Shown one piece after another: positions 57,233 to 64,000 of a stretch of 64,000 nucleotides of DNA. How positions within the stretch are numbered: position 1 is the first letter of the stretch; the number at the start of each line of letters is the position of its first letter. A model generated the notes under the pieces. The model did not search any database. It was not told the origin of the DNA and worked only from the letters and a program-made list of their open reading frames with translations. Source of the DNA: a phage; sequence record OZ346228.1. One strand, written 5' to 3'. Made by a program: the position numbers and the translations under genes.

Positions 57233-57733
57233 GTGAAAATTAAGATCTTTGCTATTATTTTGAGCGCACTTTTATCGCTGCCTGTTGTTGCAGCACCAAA
57301 ACAAAAAGTATATCATACTTGCAAGCCCTCAGATACTAAGGAAAACATTCTGGCATGCAATATCTACAGGGAGGCTAGAGGGGATGGCACGATGGGTATG
57401 CTGGCATCAGGGTTTGCCACACTAAACAGGAAATCTCACCCCAAATACCCAGACACTATAAGAAAGATTGTCTACCAACCTAACCAGTTTTCGTGGACAA
57501 ACCACGGCAAAACTTTTAAGGTGACAGAAAAAGATTCATGGGATCACGCTAAAAGTCTTGCAAAGATGCTTCTAAAGGTCTATAATAACAACCATGTTGC
57601 ATACATGGCTATGGACATAACAGGTGGAGCAACACACTACCATACAACCAAAGTACGACCGAAATGGGCAAAAAAGATGCAGAGGACAGCTCAATTCGGG
57701 AGTCATATCTACTACAAGGAGCGCAATAAATGA
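57233..57733 (+). CDS. SleB/CwlJ-family cell wall hydrolase with signal peptide (candidate endolysin)
   Basis: 166 aa, GTG start; N-terminal signal-like MKIKIFAIILSALLSLPVVAAP; motifs NIYREARGDG, LNRKSHPKYPDTIRKIVYQPNQFSW. Confidence 0.7.
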   Translation: MKIKIFAIILSALLSLPVVAAPKQKVYHTCKPSDTKENILACNIYREARGDGTMGMLASGFATLNRKSHPKYPDTIRKIVYQPNQFSWTNHGKTFKVTEKDSWDHAKSLAKMLLKVYNNNHVAYMAMDITGGATHYHTTKVRPKWAKKMQRTAQFGSHIYYKERNK

Positions 57734-58275
57734 TTGTAAACAGTAATGAAACTAAAGCAGTACTAACCGGAAATATGGAGGTCACCAGGGGCTCAATTTC
57801 TCTGAACAAAGAGACTTTTGGGCTAATCATTAAAGGGATTTACGAAGATAAGGTGCTGGCAAGCTGCCGTGAACCAATCTTCAATGCTGTGGACTCCCAT
57901 GTTGAGTCTGGACGGGGTGATGTACCGATCATCATTCACTCTCCTACAGACCTTGAACCATACTTCTTTGTGCAGGACGTTGGATTGGGCATGTCGGAAG
58001 AGATGGTCCGCAACACTTTCATGAACCTCGGGGAGTCAACCAAGCGCAACAGCAACGCTCTGGTAGGTAATAAAGGTGTAGGTTCAAAGGCCCCGTTCAG
58101 CATGGTGGACACTTTCGATGTGATCAGTGTGCCATACCAACACAACAGTGCTAAGTGCCGTGCATGCCGCTACGAAATAGTAGCAGCACCGGAATCACGC
58201 AAAGATGGCGATCCGATTGAATACGTAGTTGACCGTGATGGTAACATCATCGACATTATCTACGAGGAGGCGTAA
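57730..58275 (+). CDS. GHKL-type ATPase-like domain protein (putative)
   Basis: 181 aa; Bergerat-fold-like motifs EPIFNAVD (N box), DVGLGM (G1 box), GNKGVGSKA (G2 box). Confidence 0.4.
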   Translation: MIVNSNETKAVLTGNMEVTRGSISLNKETFGLIIKGIYEDKVLASCREPIFNAVDSHVESGRGDVPIIIHSPTDLEPYFFVQDVGLGMSEEMVRNTFMNLGESTKRNSNALVGNKGVGSKAPFSMVDTFDVISVPYQHNSAKCRACRYEIVAAPESRKDGDPIEYVVDRDGNIIDIIYEEA

Positions 58276-59645
58276 TGGAAAAAGGGCAGTATGACGTAGG
58301 CACAGATGCTGCCCTCATTGCAATCATGAGTGGTGAGAATGTCTTCGTTTCAGGACCTGCAGGTTGTGGGAAGACGTATCTCATCAACATGATCCAGTCA
58401 ATGTATGGAGACTCTTGCATAACGGTTGCCCCGACAGGGGTAGCCGCTTTAAACGTTAATGGAGCAACAGCACACCGAACATTCGATCTTGCAGCAGGTG
58501 TGAGCATGGAGTCGGACTGGACCGCAATAAGGGCAAAAACAGCAAAGCCTTTGAAAAGCAAGGCATTTACCATCCTAATTATCGATGAAATCTCTATGAT
58601 CCGTGCTGATAAGTTTATAGAGATGGATAGGAAACTCCGCTTCCTTCGAAAAAATGACAAACCTTTCGGAGGCATACAGGTCATATTGTTTGGCGATTTT
58701 TACCAGGCACCTCCTGTTGTCTCTTCTATGGAGAAGGAAGCCTACTTCAACTTCTACCATACGGACCTGTGTTGCTACACCGAATCTTGGAAAGAGCTTG
58801 ACCTCCACAACATAGCCCTAATAGATCAGTTCCGACAGGAGTCTATTCGATTTGCCACAATGCTTAACTGTGTTCGTGAGGGTCGTCGCATAAAAGAGGT
58901 TGTAGCAGAACTTAATGCTCGCTGTTACAAAGGTGGTGTACCAACAGATGCTCTCACAATTTGCGCCACCAACAAACAAGCAGAGGAAGTAAACAGAAGG
59001 TTCTATGATGCCATCAACGCCCCAGAGAAGGTATACACTGGTGAAATGAAGGGTAAGTTTCCCTCCACCCTGCCAGTTGAGCAGGAGATGAAGTTGAAAA
59101 TTGGCATGAAAGTTATGATAACCGCCAACGATGTTGACCCGACGCACAAAGTACCTTATTATGTTAACGGAACACGTGCCACAATTGTTAAATTTAAGAA
59201 CAAGGCGGTGGTGGTAGAGCTTGAAGATGGAACACAGGTTGACATAGAGCAGAGGTTGTGGGAGAATAACGAGTATAAGCCCTCTCAGAGATACAACATT
59301 GCAGAAAGGAAGATGGAGAAGTTTATAGAGAGGGTAGTGATTGGGTCATACAAGCAACTTCCTCTGAAATCTGGGTACGCCGTAACATCTCATAAAAGTC
59401 AAGGACTTACGCTAGATTGTTACAACCTAGACCTTGGAAAGAACGGAGCTTTCTCTCCTGGGATGACGTATGTCGCTTTGAGTAGAGTTAAGACAATACA
59501 AGGAATAAACTTGTTGCGTCCCCTAAGAGAAGTTGACATTATTGTTGACCCGCGAGTAGTAGAGTTTTACAATACAACATTCCCTGACTTAGACAAAATT
59601 GTCAGGAAAGATTTTGAAACCAGAGCAGAAGAGGGGGACGTATGA
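58275..59645 (+). CDS. PIF1/RecD-like DNA helicase
   Basis: 456 aa; Walker A GPAGCGKT, Walker B LIIDEISM, C-terminal helicase motifs VTSHKSQGLT and YVALSRV. Confidence 0.8.
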   Translation: MEKGQYDVGTDAALIAIMSGENVFVSGPAGCGKTYLINMIQSMYGDSCITVAPTGVAALNVNGATAHRTFDLAAGVSMESDWTAIRAKTAKPLKSKAFTILIIDEISMIRADKFIEMDRKLRFLRKNDKPFGGIQVILFGDFYQAPPVVSSMEKEAYFNFYHTDLCCYTESWKELDLHNIALIDQFRQESIRFATMLNCVREGRRIKEVVAELNARCYKGGVPTDALTICATNKQAEEVNRRFYDAINAPEKVYTGEMKGKFPSTLPVEQEMKLKIGMKVMITANDVDPTHKVPYYVNGTRATIVKFKNKAVVVELEDGTQVDIEQRLWENNEYKPSQRYNIAERKMEKFIERVVIGSYKQLPLKSGYAVTSHKSQGLTLDCYNLDLGKNGAFSPGMTYVALSRVKTIQGINLLRPLREVDIIVDPRVVEFYNTTFPDLDKIVRKDFETRAEEGDV

Positions 59646-59983
59646 GTTTGTGGAGAAATATCGTTAACTACGTGTGTGGCAATCCGACTCCTGAAGAGAA
59701 GGATGTTGTGATTCACGATTTTACTAAAAGATCTCGTGAAAAAGATCTACTGCTAACAAAGGTGACTGATAAAGATCCTGCAGTAGGGGACTGGGCAGGT
59801 TTTGCGTTTACATCGGACAAATACACCTTTAACAAAGGTGACTACCTTGTTGTGGATTTTAACGAAGACATTGAGGGTGCTGAACCTTACTATCAAACCC
59901 TTATTGTTGCAGGGTGTGTTAATCTCTCTGCAGGTATGCACAGTTTGATTCTTTTTGAGCTTGACTCTGAAGACCTTGAGTAG
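59642..59983 (+). CDS. hypothetical protein
   Basis: 113-aa ORF overlapping helicase stop. Confidence 0.4.
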   Translation: MSLWRNIVNYVCGNPTPEEKDVVIHDFTKRSREKDLLLTKVTDKDPAVGDWAGFAFTSDKYTFNKGDYLVVDFNEDIEGAEPYYQTLIVAGCVNLSAGMHSLILFELDSEDLE

Positions 59984-60044
59984 TAAGATGTGAGTATAAA
60001 GGGGAGGCACTCCTCCCCACAAAAACTAAGGAGAGCACCAAACG

Positions 60045-61370
60045 ATGAGTAAAACCAAATTAGAACTAACCTGGATAGGTAAAAACGAGCGCAAAAAGTT
60101 AGAGCCGCACATTTTGTTAGAAGATTCTAGCAAGTCTTACCACAGCCAGAAAGTGACCGAAAACGATATTTTTGATAATAAACTGATTTTTGGAGATAAC
60201 TTATTAGCATTGAAGGCGCTAGAGCAAGAGTATGCAGGCAAAGTGAAGTGTGTTTACATAGACCCGCCATTCAATACCGGGAGGGCTTTTGAGCACTACG
60301 ATGATAGCCTGGAGCATTCCATTTGGCTGGGCTTAATGAGGGATAGGTTAGAAATAATTCGTAATCTTCTAAGTGATGATGGGGTAATATTCGTTCACTT
60401 AGATGATTGCGAAATGGCGTATTTAAAAGTTTTGATGGACGAGATTTTTGGTCGTGCAAATCAGTTAAATACCATATCGATGACCACAAATTCCCCTTCG
60501 GGATTTAAGGCAACAGGAGCCACAGTTTTCTCCACAGCAAACTTTTTGCTTGTATATGCAAAAGATCGCACCCAGAAACCGCTTAATAAAATCTATATAC
60601 CTAAAGGGTACGATACAGGATATAACAAATACCTATTAAACCCGGATGACCATTATAAAAATTGGACGTGGTGCAGTATTGCCGATGCGTTTGCAAAGGC
60701 CAATGGCTATAAGGATGCAAAAGAAGCCAAGAAAAAACTGCCTGACACATTCGATGATGAATTAGCACAATTCGCAATTGATAATGCAGAACGTGTATTT
60801 CAATCTGTTGCAATTGGTGGTGGTGCTAAAATAAAGAGAAAAGAAACTATCGAGAAGTCAAAGAAAGATAGGGATAAGGTTTATGTACATCCAAATGAGG
60901 ATGTTGAAGGATTTTATATCGCAAATGGTAGGCAAATGGTCTTTTACTCCAATAGGCTTTTGGAAATTGACGGTGAGATGCAACCTGCGGAACTAATAAC
61001 TGATGTTTGGACAGACATTAGTTGGAATGGAATAGCAAATGAAGGCGGCGTTAGTTTCAAAAATGGGAAAAAACCAGAAGCGCTTTTGAAGCGGATTTTC
61101 GAAATGTGTACGCGAGAAGGCGATTTGGTATTGGATTCATTCGGTGGTTCGGGAACTACTGCTGCTGTAGCTCACAAGATGAAAAGACGTTGGATCTCAA
61201 TCGAGCTAGGTGATCATTGTCATACCCATATTATTCCGCGCTTGGAAAAAGTGATCGATGGCGAAGATCAAGGTGGTATTTCTAAGTCTGTAAGCTGGCA
61301 AGGTGGTGGTGGCTTCCGTTATTACAAACTCACCCCGGCCTTAGTTGCGAAAGATAAGTCTGATCAATAA
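60045..61370 (+). CDS. DNA methyltransferase (beta-class, probable N6-adenine)
   Basis: 441 aa; motif IV DPPF (VYIDPPFNTG) precedes motif I FGGSGTT, the order typical of beta-class amino-methyltransferases. Confidence 0.75.
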   Translation: MSKTKLELTWIGKNERKKLEPHILLEDSSKSYHSQKVTENDIFDNKLIFGDNLLALKALEQEYAGKVKCVYIDPPFNTGRAFEHYDDSLEHSIWLGLMRDRLEIIRNLLSDDGVIFVHLDDCEMAYLKVLMDEIFGRANQLNTISMTTNSPSGFKATGATVFSTANFLLVYAKDRTQKPLNKIYIPKGYDTGYNKYLLNPDDHYKNWTWCSIADAFAKANGYKDAKEAKKKLPDTFDDELAQFAIDNAERVFQSVAIGGGAKIKRKETIEKSKKDRDKVYVHPNEDVEGFYIANGRQMVFYSNRLLEIDGEMQPAELITDVWTDISWNGIANEGGVSFKNGKKPEALLKRIFEMCTREGDLVLDSFGGSGTTAAVAHKMKRRWISIELGDHCHTHIIPRLEKVIDGEDQGGISKSVSWQGGGGFRYYKLTPALVAKDKSDQ

Positions 61371-61383
61371 AGAGTACAATCAA

Positions 61384-61689
61384 ATGATGAAACGTTATAA
61401 ACCATACACTTTTGAAATCGATTTCGAACTTGACGATATGTTCACTGTGGAAGCTCAGGCAGTTGTCCAGTTGCCAGACCCAGAGTGTCGTGATTCTGAT
61501 GTTGACTATTATGGATTTAGACAGATCACTGATGTGCATGTTTACCACAACGGTGAAGAGGTGGACTTCCACCAATTGCCAAACGATATGCGCCACTCAA
61601 TTTACAAACGTGCAGCCCGTGAACTAGAGTCCTATCTGGATGCAGCGACGACAGCAGCTGCATTTGCTGAAGAAGTGGGAGGTTTCTGA
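61384..61689 (+). CDS. hypothetical protein
   Basis: ATG 61384 within reported ORF 61345..61689 that otherwise overlaps the methyltransferase. Confidence 0.4.
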   Translation: MMKRYKPYTFEIDFELDDMFTVEAQAVVQLPDPECRDSDVDYYGFRQITDVHVYHNGEEVDFHQLPNDMRHSIYKRAARELESYLDAATTAAAFAEEVGGF

Positions 61690-62084
61690 TGATTACAGGT
61701 GTGAAGATTATCCAATACCACTTAACCAAATTGGAAGATGCTGAAAAAGAGCTTGCAGAAGTTCTAAATAGTGGATATACTTTGCTATCATGCGCCTGCT
61801 CAGACACCTACGCTGTGTGGACACTTATCCGGAAGGAGGAGCCTGCAGGGATCTTGGTGCCAAACCCTAAGATTATCAGTGAAGTGGATGACTGCTCTCA
61901 GGACGGCCTGTCAGAAGACTGGGAAGCATGGGAAGGTGGTGAAAACCCTGCACCAGGTAAGTGGGTAAAATACAAACTACGTAGCGGTGCACAGCACGCT
62001 GGATACTCTGATAACCTGGACTGGAGTCATTCTTCACCGGAATCATTGGTAAGTGCATATGATATCGTTGCTTTTCAGGAATAA
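61689..62084 (+). CDS. hypothetical protein
   Basis: 131 aa; RBS GGAGG. Confidence 0.4.
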   Translation: MITGVKIIQYHLTKLEDAEKELAEVLNSGYTLLSCACSDTYAVWTLIRKEEPAGILVPNPKIISEVDDCSQDGLSEDWEAWEGGENPAPGKWVKYKLRSGAQHAGYSDNLDWSHSSPESLVSAYDIVAFQE

Positions 62085-62096
62085 GGAGAGAGTGTT

Positions 62097-62579
62097 ATGT
62101 CAGATTTTATGTGGAAAGTAGGTTATGCCTCTCCTGAAATGTGCGAGGCTTGCTTTGTAAAAATAGGCCGCGAGGATATTGACAAAGTGATCTTTAAGTT
62201 TCGTGATGTATCTGTGATCGGCAACCGAGTGCTTAAGCACTTAAAGAATCTGAAGCTCACCAAAAAGAAGTTCTTCGGACTTTTCGAAGAGAAAGTTGAT
62301 GCTTGGACCCATTGCATTCAGGAAGCTAAATCTCACTACAGTGCTATCGTTACCCCAGAACGGGTAGCCAAGATGGAAGGATTCATCAACAGCACAGAGT
62401 TTGAGTGCCTAAAGGCTGCCCTTAATAGTTATCCAAAGTGCCTCAAACACCTTGACAAGTATGTAGAAAAGGATGGGGAAATGTATCTCACCCTGGACGC
62501 ATATTATGAGATGCAAGAAATTTTAAATTTAGATTTGACATTGGTATCCACCGAGTATACAATAGGTATCCGGGTTTAA
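62097..62579 (+). CDS. hypothetical protein
   Basis: 160 aa; RBS AAGGAGAG; followed by terminator. Confidence 0.4.
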   Translation: MSDFMWKVGYASPEMCEACFVKIGREDIDKVIFKFRDVSVIGNRVLKHLKNLKLTKKKFFGLFEEKVDAWTHCIQEAKSHYSAIVTPERVAKMEGFINSTEFECLKAALNSYPKCLKHLDKYVEKDGEMYLTLDAYYEMQEILNLDLTLVSTEYTIGIRV

Positions 62580-62585
62580 CACTAG

Positions 62586-62612
62586 GCCCTGCCCGAAAGG
62601 GTGGGGCTTTTT
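62586..62612 (+). terminator. rho-independent terminator
   Basis: GCCCTGCCC-GAAA-GGGTGGGGC then TTTTT; overlaps probable start region of the C5-MTase-like gene. Confidence 0.6.
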
Positions 62613-62630
62613 GCATTAGGAGACAGCAAA

Positions 62631-63395
62631 TTGAAATTTATCTACAAAGAACACTACCACAAAGGTGTTGTGTGGAGTCTATTTGACGGGTCTGGTGGTG
62701 CAGTCATTGACTGGGCAAAAGCTGGGTACCTGTGCCTGTGCTTTAATGCAGAAGGCGCTGATCACGGCAGTTATGCAGAGGTTATAACCGATCATCCCAA
62801 CATTCACTATGTGGATTATTGGATTGACCCATGGTTCCCTCAGGAAACTTTTTGCATGTACCCAGCTCCAGACTTTATTCTTGCATTTCCTCCGTGCACG
62901 CATTTAGCGGTATCAGGTGCTGCACATTTTAAGAAAAAGCTGGCTAAGGACCCTCTGATCCAAATTAATGCCGTAAAGGATGCTCGGGTTGCGGAAGAGC
63001 TGGGAGAGATTTACGATTGCCCGTGGCATGTAGAGAATCCTGTGGGTGTTATGTCCACACTGTGGCGCAAACCTGATTACCGTTTTCATCCTTCTGACTA
63101 TGGTGGGTATTTACCGGAGGATGATGTAAACCCTTGGTTTCCTGAATTTATAGCTCCACGTGATGCCTATCCAAAAATAACTTGCGGCTGGATAGGTAAT
63201 GGATTTATAATCCCGCCCACAAAACCTGTCCCGCAAATAGTTGACGCGGTTAGCGGGTATTCTATGCAACACGCCAAGCTGGGTGGAAAGAGTGCAAGAA
63301 CGAAGATGATTCGAAGTCTCACACCACGTGGCTGGGCAAAAGCCGTATTCTTAGCAAACGAGCCTGTAGTAAGGAGCAGAATTAATGGGAAGTAA
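62631..63395 (+). CDS. C5-cytosine methyltransferase-like protein (minimal, putative)
   Basis: Probable TTG start 62631 after RBS AGGAG; motifs FDGSGG (motif I-like), FPPCTHLAVSGA (PC motif IV-like), HVENPVG (ENV motif VI-like); about 254 aa, short for this family. Confidence 0.4.
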   Translation: MKFIYKEHYHKGVVWSLFDGSGGAVIDWAKAGYLCLCFNAEGADHGSYAEVITDHPNIHYVDYWIDPWFPQETFCMYPAPDFILAFPPCTHLAVSGAAHFKKKLAKDPLIQINAVKDARVAEELGEIYDCPWHVENPVGVMSTLWRKPDYRFHPSDYGGYLPEDDVNPWFPEFIAPRDAYPKITCGWIGNGFIIPPTKPVPQIVDAVSGYSMQHAKLGGKSARTKMIRSLTPRGWAKAVFLANEPVVRSRINGK

Positions 63396-64000
63396 ATTTA
63401 TGGCATCTGCATACAACCGTTTCGGTGAGCCAAACCCGAAAGCAACTAAGTATAAAAGTGGGGGGAGTGTGAAACGAGACTATCGTGATGAAAAAGAAGT
63501 TGAAACTGTAGAGACTGTTTTAGAAAATACTAAAATTGTCCCTGTCCCACAACAAAATATCGGTCTGATGGCTGCACAATATTTTGGTGTGCGATCAGCA
63601 TTGTCCCAAGAAGACGGTGTGACAGTCACTGCAACATATTTCCCATATTACGACCGCTACGGAAATCTGTCTGGTTTCAAAAAGCGTGACTGGACTATTC
63701 CTAAAGAGCAAAGGGGCCATTTCTCCGTTGTTGGCATCGTAAAGGCCAACTCCCAGATGTTTGGTCAAAAGCTGTGTGCATCTTCCAACAACCGTAAGCA
63801 GATTAATGTTTGTGAGGGAGAAGGTGATGTTATTGCAGCATGGCAGGCTGCATATCAAATACAAGTAAAAGGGATTCTCACCAACGCTAAAGCCCCGGCA
63901 AAGGTGAAACAGTGGGCTAAAGAGGTCCAGGACGGGATCGATGCAGTTATCAACGGGGGTGATTTGGCAGGAAAACCCTGCCTGCCTTTTGTTGGAATTA
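63385..64000 (+). CDS. DNA primase, TOPRIM-type (partial, 3' end outside window)
   Basis: ORF runs off window end; TOPRIM-like acidic motif INVCEGEGDVIAAWQA; follows helicase and methyltransferase genes. Confidence 0.5.
   Translation, partial: MGSKFMASAYNRFGEPNPKATKYKSGGSVKRDYRDEKEVETVETVLENTKIVPVPQQNIGLMAAQYFGVRSALSQEDGVTVTATYFPYYDRYGNLSGFKKRDWTIPKEQRGHFSVVGIVKANSQMFGQKLCASSNNRKQINVCEGEGDVIAAWQAAYQIQVKGILTNAKAPAKVKQWAKEVQDGIDAVINGGDLAGKPCLPFVGI

Noticed and set aside
1-64000. tRNA genes, CRISPR arrays, integrase/transposase or lysogeny module
   Set aside because: No T-loop-like tRNA signature in intergenic regions, no repeat-spacer array, and no recombinase-like ORF; the window looks like a lytic-phage segment without classical mobile elements.

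Overview
This window reads as one contiguous piece of a large tailed dsDNA phage, probably of an enterobacterial-type host (sigma70-like promoters, E. coli-like codon bias in the capsid gene, lambda/P2-type tail-fibre assembly protein). Layout: (1) head module on + (1..9237): large terminase, portal, XkdF-like protein, scaffold, decoration protein, major capsid, head-tail joining proteins; (2) a ~36-kb tail module on + (9310..45948) with putative sheath/tube, a chaperone pair with a -1 frameshift site, tape measure, gp25-like and Baseplate-J-like wedge proteins, a lambda-J-like tip protein with an NlpC/P60 partner, several receptor-binding proteins and a 1878-aa Ig-domain protein; (3) a 7-kb reverse-strand accessory island (45996..53030) of mostly uncharacterised genes; (4) the start of an early/replication module on + (53110..64000) with a MoxR-like ATPase, SleB-like hydrolase, GHKL-type ATPase, PIF1/RecD-like helicase, two DNA methyltransferase-like genes and a partial TOPRIM primase. 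No tRNA, CRISPR array, integrase or transposase was seen. Operons are punctuated by a recurring extended -10 promoter (TGnTAAAAT) and GC-hairpin terminators. The best candidate for an undescribed system is the reverse-strand island and its junction with the early operon: a tandem-HNH-like protein, a metallopeptidase-VWA protein, four to five tandem small paralogs, and a 29-bp perfect inverted repeat that carries a start codon in two opposed genes. All functional calls come from motif reading by eye; no database search was run.
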